From positions 1 to 64,000 of the forward strand of contig JAGXNO010000013.1 of the NCBI GenBank assembly GCA_019894975.1: DNA of 64,000 nucleotides, given 5' to 3'. The notes under the pieces were generated by a model. That model was not told the DNA's origin and ran no database searches. It saw only the letters and a program-made list of their open reading frames with translations. Below, in pieces: positions 1 to 15,053 of the stretch. Source of the stretch: Promethearchaeota archaeon (GTDB lineage: Archaea; Asgardarchaeota; Lokiarchaeia; Sigyniarchaeales; SOKP01). The first letter of the stretch is position 1; each line of letters begins with the position of its first letter. The position numbers and the translations under genes were made by a program.

Positions 1-5
1 AATTA

Positions 6-905
6 ATGATAGCTGGTATCGCCGCCTCTCATGAAATATTCATTTCTCCAGGGGCTATTTACGGAGAGGCCGATAAAGATTATGTTGTTGCATGCGTAAT
101 ACCACGAGATATCCAAGGATTAACCATAATCGAAGCAACGCGACCAAGTGATAAACGAGATTTAGAAGATTTTTCATGTAAAGAGGTACCTGACACTGGA
201 GCTACTCAAGGTCTTTTATTCTTTGAGGATGTCTTAGTACCCAGTGAAAGGGTTTTTATGTGTGGAGAGTATCAATATACAGCTAACCTTATCCGATATT
301 TTACTTCTAATTATCGTGCTTGTATCGGAGCTTGCGTCTCAGGACAAGGAGATATGATGATTGGTGCTTCAATCTTGATGGCACGAGCAAATGGTTTATC
401 GTCAAGGACTTTTATGAATAAACTAGTTGAAATGTCTATAAATAACCAAATTACTTATGGTTTAGGAGTCGGTGCTTGTGCAATTGGATCAAAACATTCT
501 TCGGGGGCGTTCTTTGCTGACGCTCACACTGCTCACACAAATAAAGTAATGGTGGCTCAGTTACCTTATGAAACTAAAAGATTAACACAGGAAATTGGAG
601 GGGGAATCGTAGAGACTGGGTGTATGCCCTCTTATAAAGATTTTACGAATCCTGAATATGGGAAAATGGTGCAGGATTATTACAAAGCAGGTGATTGCTC
701 GGCTGAGACACGTTATAAGATTGCACGATTATCAGAGTGGTTAACTGTGGGGGGTGGAATACCAGGTTGTATGCACGGAGGTGGTTCCCCCGATGGAGCA
801 CGAATTGTTGTGAGAGCGACCACACCGTTTGAAGAATATGTTAATTATGCTAAGAAAATTATGAAGATTGAAGAAGAAGTACTTGAACCGCAGAAATCAA
901 AATAA
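6..905 (+). CDS. 4-hydroxybutyryl-CoA dehydratase / 4-HPA 3-hydroxylase family protein, C-terminal part (probably 5'-truncated by the window edge)
   Basis: FFEDVLVPSERVFMCGE and MHGGGSP motifs typical of the family; frame is open to the window start. Confidence 0.8.
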   Translation: MIAGIAASHEIFISPGAIYGEADKDYVVACVIPRDIQGLTIIEATRPSDKRDLEDFSCKEVPDTGATQGLLFFEDVLVPSERVFMCGEYQYTANLIRYFTSNYRACIGACVSGQGDMMIGASILMARANGLSSRTFMNKLVEMSINNQITYGLGVGACAIGSKHSSGAFFADAHTAHTNKVMVAQLPYETKRLTQEIGGGIVETGCMPSYKDFTNPEYGKMVQDYYKAGDCSAETRYKIARLSEWLTVGGGIPGCMHGGGSPDGARIVVRATTPFEEYVNYAKKIMKIEEEVLEPQKSK

Positions 906-937
906 AAAAGAAAAAAATTTTTTTAATAATTTTTTAT

Positions 938-3205
938 TTAATATGAAGTGTGTGTGCTACTCATATTAACTAATCGTGGCAATATTATACTAGAAGGGTA
1001 ATCAGGGCCAAATAATAGTGTATTATTTGCGATATTGTAATTTAAGTAGTTAAACGCTAATTGTGCACCAGTATTGGGGTTTGCTCCAAATCGAGGGTAA
1101 TTTGAACTCGAAATAGCCACTCTGATTTTATGACCAGGAGCAAAAACGTAAGCAGTAGACCAGCAATCGACTAATAGCTCATACACATCCATTTGATTAC
1201 CTGACATAAACACATCTGTAGTATAGTTATAACGCGACCTAACGGTAAGTGACCCATCTGTTATTAGCATTGAGCGTCCGTCGGGATAAACATCGGTTAA
1301 TTTAACAGTAAAATCTGTATCTGTGCAGTTGGATGTAACGAATAAATTGCCAAAAATTCTTCCCACAGTTTCGACCGATTCTGTTAACACAGGAGTTTCA
1401 AAGATTAAAACATCGGACCTATTTTCAATTTCCCGTTGGTCCATAGGTCCTATAAGATCGAATGGTTGGTTTTGCCCACCTAAATTTGGTACAGGGTCTC
1501 GTGGATCATATAGATAGGACATATTCTTGTTTATCGAAGGAAGTGTACTATTAATTAAGCTTCCAGTAGATGTAAAATACCATTTATCATCCTCATGATC
1601 TAATGGCCAATCATATGCGTATCTCCAATAATTCCAATCACTTGAAGGAGTATCAACATCTCCCATTAAATAGTATCCCACTCTTGTGCCTGTCCAACTG
1701 ATATGACTCCCTAAAAGAGCAGCATCAAATATTTTTTTTTCCCAATTAAATATCATGTCAAAACCTAATGAGTTTTTAGGATAATTTAATTCTCCCTGCT
1801 CAGTCGACCAGATATTTACGTGAGTCCAGGGCCCCATGATTAGTTTTTGATGACCCTTTGATGTGTTTGTTCCGTAATCATCATATCCTATATAGCCGTC
1901 TATTGTTCCTTGCGAAAAATGACAATAAAAGCCCCCTATATGAATTCCATAAACAGAGACATTAGAATAATGTGGTCCAATTGGTATTGATAAAGATGTT
2001 GAGTTATAGAGAGTTTCATTTTTAGGACTTGAATATGTAAAGAGAGTATCTATTTGATTTCGCCAGTTATCTGGAGCAGTGCTTTGTACCCATGTTTCTA
2101 CAGATGATTTATGATATGAACCTTGATAAATTGCATGATCATATAATTCAGGGGTACCAAACCATAACTGTTGTGCGACTAATCCCTCAGGATTCATACC
2201 TGCATAAAAATATTGATTGATACAAAGAGCAGAGGGTCCAGCACTCGCTATTTTCCCGTTACACCAACTTCGGTCTAGAATCCAATTAATGGTATCAACC
2301 CCATCTTGATATGATTTCACAAACAGTAAAAAGCTATCTCCTCCTTCAGAATCATGTGTACCTCTTAAATCCTGGATGACAAGGTGATAATCTTGGGTAG
2401 AATAGAAGGTTCTATACGTATCCATTCCATTTTTACCATAAGGTGTTCTTATAAGAATTACGGGTTTTGGAATTCCAAAAGATCCTGGAGCTATATATAC
2501 ATCAGTTGCTAGTTTAACGCCATCCCTCATTTCTATCATATAAGTTTTTTTTTCAGCAGGAGCGTATACCCCACAAAATGTGATAATTGTAGAAGGAATA
2601 GCAATTAATAGAATTAAACCAGCTCCTTTCACTGACTTATGAAATCCATTGAATCTTCTTTTATCATATTTTTGTATCAATTTCGAAAGCGACAAATCAC
2701 CAATTCTTAAACCGTAATGAAGGTAGGCTATAAGACTTATGCCTATGGCTGCGATCGAATAATAATCTAGATTGATGAAGAGAAACCAAATTATTCCCAT
2801 TGTTGGTATTAGGATATTAAATATTTTTGCCATGAGGTCTATATATTTGAACCTGATATTTTTGCTAATGTGTTTCAGATAGGAAGTGCTTACTATCAGC
2901 GAGTAAAAGGAAATGAATACAGCTATGGGGAAGTAAATCATTCCAAATAAAATCAGTGAGATTTGTTTTACACTAAAATAGATTTTCTCATTTTTGCTGA
3001 ATAATTTCACTCCTTCTTCTAATTCTTTATCATAGTCTTTAAAATATCTGAAGTAGTATGCGATTACATATATTCCACGGCAGATTATCAATGTTAACAG
3101 ACTTGTAGTAAATATTTCTTCAAGATTTAGATATCCAAAGTCAAATAAGATAAAAAATGTAAAGATAATCGGATCAATCATAAACTTATATTGAGATAAA
3201 GTCAT
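938..3205 (-). CDS. CocE/NonD-family serine hydrolase with an N-terminal multi-pass membrane region
   Basis: MRDGVKLATDVY, RTPYGK, QDLRG, nucleophile GPSA, GPWTH, ISSSNYPRF. Start moved to ATG 3205 to avoid overlap with the divergent gene at 3260. Confidence 0.85.
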   Translation of the reverse strand: MTLSQYKFMIDPIIFTFFILFDFGYLNLEEIFTTSLLTLIICRGIYVIAYYFRYFKDYDKELEEGVKLFSKNEKIYFSVKQISLILFGMIYFPIAVFISFYSLIVSTSYLKHISKNIRFKYIDLMAKIFNILIPTMGIIWFLFINLDYYSIAAIGISLIAYLHYGLRIGDLSLSKLIQKYDKRRFNGFHKSVKGAGLILLIAIPSTIITFCGVYAPAEKKTYMIEMRDGVKLATDVYIAPGSFGIPKPVILIRTPYGKNGMDTYRTFYSTQDYHLVIQDLRGTHDSEGGDSFLLFVKSYQDGVDTINWILDRSWCNGKIASAGPSALCINQYFYAGMNPEGLVAQQLWFGTPELYDHAIYQGSYHKSSVETWVQSTAPDNWRNQIDTLFTYSSPKNETLYNSTSLSIPIGPHYSNVSVYGIHIGGFYCHFSQGTIDGYIGYDDYGTNTSKGHQKLIMGPWTHVNIWSTEQGELNYPKNSLGFDMIFNWEKKIFDAALLGSHISWTGTRVGYYLMGDVDTPSSDWNYWRYAYDWPLDHEDDKWYFTSTGSLINSTLPSINKNMSYLYDPRDPVPNLGGQNQPFDLIGPMDQREIENRSDVLIFETPVLTESVETVGRIFGNLFVTSNCTDTDFTVKLTDVYPDGRSMLITDGSLTVRSRYNYTTDVFMSGNQMDVYELLVDCWSTAYVFAPGHKIRVAISSSNYPRFGANPNTGAQLAFNYLNYNIANNTLLFGPDYPSSIILPRLVNMSSTHTSY

Positions 3206-3259
3206 TAATAAAATTATCTGTAAATAATTAGGAATCAAGTAGTCTTCAATTAACGGTAT

Positions 3260-4699
3260 ATGGAAAACAACAAGCAGAATTCTGAGGAGAACACCTTTAG
3301 AAGAGCTTTTGGAATTCACTTAACATCAAGCGAAATTTTTTTGGAATATATTTTTCCAGAAATTCAGGATAAGCTATGGCAATATAGATGGATAGATTTG
3401 TATGCCGGAGAGGGAAATTTAATTATACCAATATTGAACTCCATTCCTTTTAAAGATCGCATAAAATTTTTTGAGGAACATATTTTTCTGTTTGATATTC
3501 ACTCAGAAATGGTTGATAAATGTATCGAAAATGTGGGGAGCTATGGAATTCCTCCCGAGATCGCTTCTAACAATATTAAAGTTCGAAATAATTTAGATTC
3601 CTTCCCTATCTTTTTGAAAAATGAACAACTACCGTTATACCATATAACAAATCCCCCATATTTATATTTAGGGTACATTAGGAAACATAAAGAGACTCAG
3701 AAGTATTTAAAACTTTTTGAAGGAGAAAATGAAGGATACCAGGATCTCTATCAGATTGCTATGATAAATGATCTAAGGAATAATATTGAAAATATGATTT
3801 ATATAATCCCATCTAATTTCCTCTTTGGGGCTTCAGTTTCAAATAAATTTCGTATAGATCTTTTAAAATATTATAAAATTAGTAAAATGTTCATCTTCGA
3901 GACTAAAGTATTCGAATTCACTGGCACAAATATTTGTATTGGATTTTTCAAGAAGAAAACATTCCCTAAATCTGAAATCATACAATTTAGTGGGAAAAAA
4001 ATTAGAAATGAAGGCAAGACGATTAGGAAGAGTTACATACTTAAACCAAAGTTTAATTATCGTGCTGGTTCAGAATTTGATGAGTTTCTTGAAAAATATC
4101 AGGTCAGATCACCCCTCAAAGTTAGATACTATTTATTAAAGAAGGATGTACTCAAAAATTTTGGAGAGAATAAACTAGATGTCATTGATGCAAATGACTA
4201 TCACAATAACCAATATAAGAAACTAAAAATTGAAGTGAACGATTGGCTAAAAGACTTAATCCGATCAAACATATTATACGTTCGAACAGTAGATACAGGT
4301 TCCTATCGTGGAAGGACTGGTTTGGAACTAATATCAGAAGATTTTAATGTAAACGGGATTTATGTTTCAGGGAATACTTATAGAACTCACCCAATTCAAA
4401 TTTTCTTTGAACCAGTTATTTCATTAAATGAACAGAATTTACTGAGGGATTATTTTAAATTCATATTGGAATTTTTTAGAGAGAAGTTAGATAGTGGATT
4501 TCTTACAACTTATAAGTATTCTAATGCTGAGTATACAAGAAAATACTTAGGTCTAACTCAAACTAGAAAATTAATTCAAACTTTCCCTCACAGTAGTATA
4601 ACTCCAGAAGTTAGGGAGAATTTGATAGATTTGATAGAAAAAAAAGAATTTAACAAAATTCTGGAACAATTAAAAGCTTGCAAAAAGGAAAGCGATTAA
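3260..4699 (+). CDS. Amino (N6-adenine type) DNA methyltransferase
   Basis: Motif I DLYAGEG precedes motif IV NPPY; YIIPSNF; FEFTGTNICI. Confidence 0.8.
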   Translation: MENNKQNSEENTFRRAFGIHLTSSEIFLEYIFPEIQDKLWQYRWIDLYAGEGNLIIPILNSIPFKDRIKFFEEHIFLFDIHSEMVDKCIENVGSYGIPPEIASNNIKVRNNLDSFPIFLKNEQLPLYHITNPPYLYLGYIRKHKETQKYLKLFEGENEGYQDLYQIAMINDLRNNIENMIYIIPSNFLFGASVSNKFRIDLLKYYKISKMFIFETKVFEFTGTNICIGFFKKKTFPKSEIIQFSGKKIRNEGKTIRKSYILKPKFNYRAGSEFDEFLEKYQVRSPLKVRYYLLKKDVLKNFGENKLDVIDANDYHNNQYKKLKIEVNDWLKDLIRSNILYVRTVDTGSYRGRTGLELISEDFNVNGIYVSGNTYRTHPIQIFFEPVISLNEQNLLRDYFKFILEFFREKLDSGFLTTYKYSNAEYTRKYLGLTQTRKLIQTFPHSSITPEVRENLIDLIEKKEFNKILEQLKACKKESD

Positions 4700-5542
4700 T
4701 CCTAGATAAGCACCTAACTTTAGTATTAGACTCACTTTTTTAAAGTCCTCTCTTTCCAAATTTCGTTTCATCATTATAATAACAGCATAACAAACAACCC
4801 CTAAACCGAAAAACATAGAAATTAAGAAGAATACATGATTTATAATTTCTGTAAAGAAGGGTAATATGAAGAATACTATTGCAAAAATTCCAAAAATCAT
4901 GGAAATTTTAGTAGATTTCTCAATTCCTATTTTAATAGCAAGAGTTTTCACCCCTTCATTTTTGTCTCCCTCAATGTCTTCACATCCCTTAATAATTTCT
5001 CGAGAAAGCAACAAAAAGAATGATGTTAAGAAGAAGAAATAGATGTAATAAGGTATATTAGAACTATTTAATATTGCCCCATAGACAAGTCCAATAGAAA
5101 ATGATACACTTACAATAATATTTCCAATAAATCCATTCTTTTTACCCCACACAGCATATAACCATCCGATAAAAACCATAAATAAAGCGATAATAATATT
5201 CAGAAAGCCTAAGATAAATAATAAACCATGAATTATCGCAATAACCAAACCAATTAGCGCTGAGATTATCCACCAAATCATCGCTTGCTTTAAAGTTATT
5301 GAACCTCTTGGAATAGGTCTATCAGGACGATTAATCTTATCAATTTCTATATCATAATAATCATTAATAACATTTCCTGAACCGGCAATAAAGAAATAAG
5401 TAATAAGTCCTAATACGATATTAATTATTAATGTAGGCGTTTCTACTCCAACTCTGGTATTTAAAATTCCAATGAGAACTGTTAAACTTCCCATTAAACA
5501 GTTAAGAGGGCGTAGAATTTCAATACCATCTTTAATTTTCAT
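4670..5542 (-). CDS. Digeranylgeranylglyceryl phosphate synthase (UbiA family)
   Basis: NDYYDIEIDKINRPDRPIPRG and EDIEGD motifs; multi-TM; adjacent to GGGP synthase. Confidence 0.9.
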   Translation of the reverse strand: MKIKDGIEILRPLNCLMGSLTVLIGILNTRVGVETPTLIINIVLGLITYFFIAGSGNVINDYYDIEIDKINRPDRPIPRGSITLKQAMIWWIISALIGLVIAIIHGLLFILGFLNIIIALFMVFIGWLYAVWGKKNGFIGNIIVSVSFSIGLVYGAILNSSNIPYYIYFFFLTSFFLLLSREIIKGCEDIEGDKNEGVKTLAIKIGIEKSTKISMIFGIFAIVFFILPFFTEIINHVFFLISMFFGLGVVCYAVIIMMKRNLEREDFKKVSLILKLGAYLGLIAFLFASF

Positions 5543-5548
5543 AGGTTT

Positions 5549-6367
5549 TCACTTTGCTGAATAATTCTTCTTTTGGGCTTTTCCAGCATTTTTTATTTCT
5601 TCAATAATCCCTTTTAATGATGTACCATTGTCTTTTAAAAGATTATTCTCAAGAAATGTGCCCATTACAATAACGTCAGCCCCCGCTTCAACAAAAGATC
5701 TGGCATCTTCCTTATTACTAACACCACCTCCAACAATCACGGGGATATTGAGAATTGTGGAACACATTTCAACATGTTCTTTTGGAATTCTTTCACTACC
5801 TGAACCTGCTTCTAAGTAGATCATTTTGAATCCAAACATTTCTGCTGCCAATGCATAAGCTGCAGTTAATTTTGGTTTATTTCTTGGTAATAACTTTGCA
5901 TTACCAATCCATCCTGCGCTTGCACCTGGTTCTATAATTAGGTAAGCCATTGAAATAGACTCCAAATTAGCAGCTTTTATTGTATATGATGCTAAGGCTT
6001 GTTCTCCTACAATAAAATAAGGATCCGATGAATTCAATAAAGACATGAAGAAAATTGCATCAGCATGTTGAGAAATATTGCTTATTCCTCCGGGAAATAT
6101 GATTAAAGGAATGCTCACCCTCTCTTTTATCGCTGTTATTGTTTTATCGACAAAAGCTTGGTTGAAAACAGTGCTACCTCCTATTAAAATTACATCAGTA
6201 CCTGCTTCTTCGGCGTATTCTGCCATTTTTGCTGCTTTATTCGCTCCTTGTCTTAAAGGATCTGGATCAATTAAAGAGAAGTGTAATACTCCTTCATTAT
6301 TGATTTTTTTAATAATATATTCATAAGTGCTTTTTACAATGTATTCATCAATAACAATATCAACCAT
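5549..6367 (-). CDS. Geranylgeranylglyceryl phosphate synthase
   Basis: LIDPD, IGGS, IFPG, YLEAGSG, VGGG motifs. Confidence 0.93.
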   Translation of the reverse strand: MVDIVIDEYIVKSTYEYIIKKINNEGVLHFSLIDPDPLRQGANKAAKMAEYAEEAGTDVILIGGSTVFNQAFVDKTITAIKERVSIPLIIFPGGISNISQHADAIFFMSLLNSSDPYFIVGEQALASYTIKAANLESISMAYLIIEPGASAGWIGNAKLLPRNKPKLTAAYALAAEMFGFKMIYLEAGSGSERIPKEHVEMCSTILNIPVIVGGGVSNKEDARSFVEAGADVIVMGTFLENNLLKDNGTSLKGIIEEIKNAGKAQKKNYSAK

Positions 6368-6385
6368 TTTATGACACCTTTATAT

Positions 6386-7780
6386 TTAGTTCCTTTTTTT
6401 AGTATTAACAATCATTTTTTTTATTCTATCATAAATTCCAACAACTTTTTCCTTCCATTCCGGAAAACCCGCTATATTTTCAGGAAAAGATTTATAAAGT
6501 CTAGAAATTTCATTCATTCTTAATCTCAGATAATTCATATCTAGCAAAAGATTTGGTCGGGAAATGCCTTTAAATGCTTTTATTGCCATGTTTATTACAG
6601 ATAGGTTTAATCCACCTTTAGAGGAAATTTCCAAAATATCCTCTCCACTAAGCAAATCTCGCTCTAAACCAAAATTTAATTCTTCATTAGAAAGGTGTTG
6701 AAGTACTATTCTAAGTAAATCTAATGCTGCAAATTCAGCACCAAAACTTGTCATGACGCTATGATTATAACCCCATAATGCATTTATTGAAAAGTTATTT
6801 TTTTCAAAAGCACTAAGTGCTGAATTAGCGGCATAATATCCTGCTCTCATTGATGGATCAATTCCTCCCCCATGAAGAGGATTCACTTGACAAGCTGAAT
6901 CTCCAATTAGCATAATACCATCATCAGCGCAAGACCATAACGGTCTTCTCACAGGAACAACACCTCCTCCAGAGGATATAATTTCAAATTTTGATACTTT
7001 AATGAATTCTTTAAAAGCATTTCTTTGGTAATAATCCTTTACTTTTCCCTTGTAACCCATAAAAGTTCCTAATCCTATATTAACAGAAGACTCATCCTTT
7101 GGAAAATACCAGATGTATCCTCCTGGCGCTTTTTCTTGATCAAGAATTATAGTGATGTATTCGGGATCTTGTACTGTTTGATCTTTTGGTGAAAATTTAA
7201 TTATTTCTCGATAGCATAATATACTATCTTCCTTGAGAATGGTTTTTTCAATTAAGGAACTTTTAAGAGCTTTTCTTATAGGAGAATAAAACCCACTTGC
7301 ATCGATTACAAGTTTCGATTTTAATTCAGTTTTCTCTCCATTTTCTAATTTTACTTTTAAACCACTAACAGTTCCATTAGAATAGATTAAATCTAATGCC
7401 ATAGTTTTATCTAAAAACTGTTTTACTCCTGCATCAATAGCTTCATTTAATAACCGCTGACCAAACTCCAATCTATTTACAATATATCCTGCTTGTTTAG
7501 GATCAATTAAAGTTAGGCATTTCTTGAGATTTGGTGAATAGAGTTTTGCTCCTTTTATATGACAAGAAAGTTCCTCACTTTTTGGGTGGTTTATATTTAA
7601 AAGCCCGAAGATTTCATTTCCTACAGCATCACCACAAATTTTGTCTCCTATTTTATCTCGTGGTTTTCTATCAATTAAACATACTTTTAATCCATTTTTA
7701 GCAGTAAACCTAGCAGCAGTGGTACCTCCAGTACCAGCTCCAACCACAATCACATCAAACGATTTTTGTATGTTTTCCAT
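6386..7780 (-). CDS. Geranylgeranyl reductase family (digeranylgeranylglycerophospholipid reductase-like)
   Basis: GAGTGG FAD motif, KICGD, PGGYIWYFP, GDSA..NPLHGGGI. Confidence 0.9.
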   Translation of the reverse strand: MENIQKSFDVIVVGAGTGGTTAARFTAKNGLKVCLIDRKPRDKIGDKICGDAVGNEIFGLLNINHPKSEELSCHIKGAKLYSPNLKKCLTLIDPKQAGYIVNRLEFGQRLLNEAIDAGVKQFLDKTMALDLIYSNGTVSGLKVKLENGEKTELKSKLVIDASGFYSPIRKALKSSLIEKTILKEDSILCYREIIKFSPKDQTVQDPEYITIILDQEKAPGGYIWYFPKDESSVNIGLGTFMGYKGKVKDYYQRNAFKEFIKVSKFEIISSGGGVVPVRRPLWSCADDGIMLIGDSACQVNPLHGGGIDPSMRAGYYAANSALSAFEKNNFSINALWGYNHSVMTSFGAEFAALDLLRIVLQHLSNEELNFGLERDLLSGEDILEISSKGGLNLSVINMAIKAFKGISRPNLLLDMNYLRLRMNEISRLYKSFPENIAGFPEWKEKVVGIYDRIKKMIVNTKKRN

Positions 7781-7842
7781 GACAATTGGCTTATAATCTT
7801 TATTTAATTTTGTTAATTTTTTTGAAAATTAAATTTGAATAC

Positions 7843-8604
7843 TTATATTAAAGTTAATAAAAATATAATTAAGGTACTACCTAAGGGAACAGTTAAATCA
7901 TCGAAGGTGCTCGGGGATATTAATTCGATTATTGTAGCAATTGTACTAGTAATTAGTGAATACACAATGATAGTAGGAAAAGAGAGTGGTTCTTGAAAAG
8001 TAGATATTAATAAACCAAATAAGAAAAATGATATGAAACATACGAAAAACGCAGTTACAAAGAAAGTTGCTGATCCTTCAAGAGTCCTTTTTGAATTTGT
8101 CCAAGGTAAGCTTATTCCTATCTTCCCCCAACGCTTCCCTATTACTGATGCTAGTGTATCCGCAACTATCATTATTAATACACCAGCGATGGGAAAATAA
8201 AAGTTTTCAGGAGCAGCAATTCCAAAAATAAAAACTAGAGCTGTAATTGAAAGACAGTAAAAAAATGGGCCTTGAAGAAAAGCTCTCTTTAAACCATCTT
8301 CTTGTTCTTCAGATATTGCATCATATAAATCTTTTAACTGTTTTATTTTTGCTTCTTTTGAACTAAAATAAACAAATAGCATCAAAGTTCCTGCAATAAT
8401 TGTAGGCCAGAAGGGCCAAAAATAAAAAGGAGAGCTCAATATTGCTAATCCTGCAAACATATGCACTGCTTTACGTGCAGAGAATTTGGATATTTTTTCT
8501 TTTTTATAGAGAGTTAATGGTACAAAAATTGTTAGAAGTACATAAATAAACGTGATAAATACTACAAATAAGTCCCATAGGAAGTTATTAACCATAGTGA
8601 ACAA
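7843..8604 (-). CDS. CTP-dependent prenol kinase (phytol/dolichol kinase family)
   Basis: RKAVH, DTLASVIGKRWG, KRTLEGS, DDLTVP; multi-TM. Confidence 0.8.
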   Translation of the reverse strand: MFTMVNNFLWDLFVVFITFIYVLLTIFVPLTLYKKEKISKFSARKAVHMFAGLAILSSPFYFWPFWPTIIAGTLMLFVYFSSKEAKIKQLKDLYDAISEEQEDGLKRAFLQGPFFYCLSITALVFIFGIAAPENFYFPIAGVLIMIVADTLASVIGKRWGKIGISLPWTNSKRTLEGSATFFVTAFFVCFISFFLFGLLISTFQEPLSFPTIIVYSLITSTIATIIELISPSTFDDLTVPLGSTLIIFLLTLI

Positions 8605-8725
8605 TATAATTTATTAATAAACCAAAAAAGTATTCTTACCAATAAAATCTTACGGATTGGAAGGAATTTATTACTTTAAAGAGTATGATTAATATCATAT
8701 CTAAAATAAGAAAAAATTCTAATAA

Positions 8726-9910
8726 TTATAGCTTAACTGGTGGTAATGGGGGTACCTTATCATATTTCCATTCATTAACTACGGGATATGACCACCAATG
8801 TTTGGGAATGCGATCATACACTCCATATTTTTCTAGACCTTTAGTGAAAGCTTTAACATTCGCCCGAGGTGCTTGAATATGGTCTACTTGGGGATAAAAA
8901 TAAGCACCAAAACCTCCTTCTTTTGTACCAAGATTTCGGATCATATGCCAAACTTCCCTTTCACACTCTTCTGGTGATCCCTGTGTATAAATTGATTGAA
9001 TATTTATACATGCCCATATCATAATTTTTCCTCTATATTGATGCAACTCAGAGTATCCTGTCATGCGAGGACTATCGAGTTCGATTGCATCTAAACCAAA
9101 CTCGATTAATAATGGGATAATGGGGTCAATTTTTCCACAACAATGCAGATGAAAATCACAATTTAATTCATGAGCAGTTTCAATTAAACGTCTATATACT
9201 GGTTCATAAAATTCTTTAAATAATTTTGGACTAAAAAAAGGTCCCTTCTGCTCCCCCAGATCGTCGTACAAAACAAATCCATGGGGTTCTGCGCCATATT
9301 TAACCCACATTTTTTCATGATGTACAAAAATATCTGTTATATATTTTAAAAGCTTCTTGAGATCATTTTTATTTCTATAATGGTCTAATAAATATTTATT
9401 AAAACCTCTCATTTGGCTGGCTATTTGAAATGGTCCTAATCCAAAAGAGCACATACGATATTTTTCTTTTGCTTGTAGTTTACCTCTCTGGATAGCAAAG
9501 GAATATCGGTCTTTTTCATCGAAATTTGGCGTGTGTTTTTCAAAGTACTTATCTAATTGACTATAATCTGGTAGTGAAGGTCGTCCAGGGTGTCCCATGG
9601 TATTAATACCACCTTTTTTCCATATAGTACCAAATTCATCGATTTCTTCTCGTGGTAAATCAATCCAATTATCATATTTGGGATTTTTGGCCCACTCTGG
9701 TTTATCCCATTCCCACAATCCATATTTTACTAAGTTTTCAGCTCCATGAGGAAATAATCCAGACTCATTGGCACCATGGCCCGGTTTCCAATCTTTGGAT
9801 GGTAAAGATGCAAGAGTATATACATCGCTTCCACTACTAAACTTCCAAATAGGGGCTTTATCTGGTTTGTTAAATTTAAGAGCTGCTTTTACACGTTCAA
9901 CTGATTTCAT
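8726..9910 (-). CDS. Uroporphyrinogen decarboxylase / methylcobamide methyltransferase family protein
   Basis: DDLGEQKGPFFSP and LHCCG motifs. Confidence 0.75.
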   Translation of the reverse strand: MKSVERVKAALKFNKPDKAPIWKFSSGSDVYTLASLPSKDWKPGHGANESGLFPHGAENLVKYGLWEWDKPEWAKNPKYDNWIDLPREEIDEFGTIWKKGGINTMGHPGRPSLPDYSQLDKYFEKHTPNFDEKDRYSFAIQRGKLQAKEKYRMCSFGLGPFQIASQMRGFNKYLLDHYRNKNDLKKLLKYITDIFVHHEKMWVKYGAEPHGFVLYDDLGEQKGPFFSPKLFKEFYEPVYRRLIETAHELNCDFHLHCCGKIDPIIPLLIEFGLDAIELDSPRMTGYSELHQYRGKIMIWACINIQSIYTQGSPEECEREVWHMIRNLGTKEGGFGAYFYPQVDHIQAPRANVKAFTKGLEKYGVYDRIPKHWWSYPVVNEWKYDKVPPLPPVKL

Positions 9911-10079
9911 GATCTGTATATAAATATCTTAATCTATTACTTACACGTACAAGAAGATTATTATATAAAATCAGAATATTTCTTAAAACTTTTATGTTAT
10001 ACCAAATTTCAATTTAAAGGAAAATAATATAATTAAATCTTTTATATACGAAGGTTAAAATTGAATAGATGAAAAGAAG

Positions 10080-14137
<4,058 letters not shown>

Positions 14138-14146
14138 AAATCCCAC

Positions 14147-14893
14147 TTATTTTTTCTCGGGATATGGTATTTTCACAGGTAATTCATGGTATGAGCTTAA
14201 TAAATTAAGAAATATTTTCACTTTTTCCCAAAAAGAAGTATCCATAAAGAAGGGATCTGGTAAGGAGAATAATCTGCTTGCTATGATACCCATTAAAGCA
14301 TTCCCAATTGGATTTACATGTAATCCATCTAACATAATTTCTGAGTATTTATCTGGTTCATTCTCATAAGAGGGGGAGAAATATTTATATTGATCAAGTA
14401 AGGGGATATTAAACTTATCCGCCAAATTTCTATTTATCTCAACGAATTTTGGAAATCGAAGAAAAATTTTATCCATTTTATCATACAAAAGACAATAGTA
14501 GGTCTGAAGCACAGGCAAACAGTTTACTTTTTTTATTTGTTCGATAATTTGGGTTAGATAACCTTCATATTCGGGAATTGTAAGATTTTTCCATGTATCA
14601 TTACCCCCAATTGTTATAATAACAAGATCAGGATTGAAAGAAAGTACATCTCTGTCAATTCTTTTTAGTAGATCTTCTGATGTTTCCCCACCAATACCAG
14701 AATTAATTGTTGTTATATGTCTTCCAATCCATTCTCTCATGGCACTTGATAACCAGGAAAACCAATTAAAGCCTCCTAATGAATGCCAATGGAGTTCTGT
14801 ATTACTCGAGCCAAAAGCTATAACTCTAACTGGTTTCTGAGGATTTTTTCTCCACTTATCAGATAGACTTTGCAATGTATTCAAAATAATCAC
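14147..14893 (-). CDS. SGNH/GDSL hydrolase
   Basis: FGSS, GIGG, GGND, DGLH blocks. Confidence 0.85.
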   Translation of the reverse strand: MIILNTLQSLSDKWRKNPQKPVRVIAFGSSNTELHWHSLGGFNWFSWLSSAMREWIGRHITTINSGIGGETSEDLLKRIDRDVLSFNPDLVIITIGGNDTWKNLTIPEYEGYLTQIIEQIKKVNCLPVLQTYYCLLYDKMDKIFLRFPKFVEINRNLADKFNIPLLDQYKYFSPSYENEPDKYSEIMLDGLHVNPIGNALMGIIASRLFSLPDPFFMDTSFWEKVKIFLNLLSSYHELPVKIPYPEKK

Positions 14894-15053
14894 AAAATTG
14901 TAGAATTAGGTAATTAATTATACTAAATGATTGAAAGATTTAATGAATAAAAGGTTTTAGAGAAAATATATCGAGGTTTAACTCACAATAGAATGATTAA
15001 ATTAGATTAAAAAAAAAGAAAATTGTAAAATAAAATCTAACAATAGAATTGAC

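Noticed and set aside
3206-3319. N-terminal 38 aa of the 793-aa ORF
   Set aside because: Overlaps the divergent methyltransferase start; ATG 3205 is more plausible
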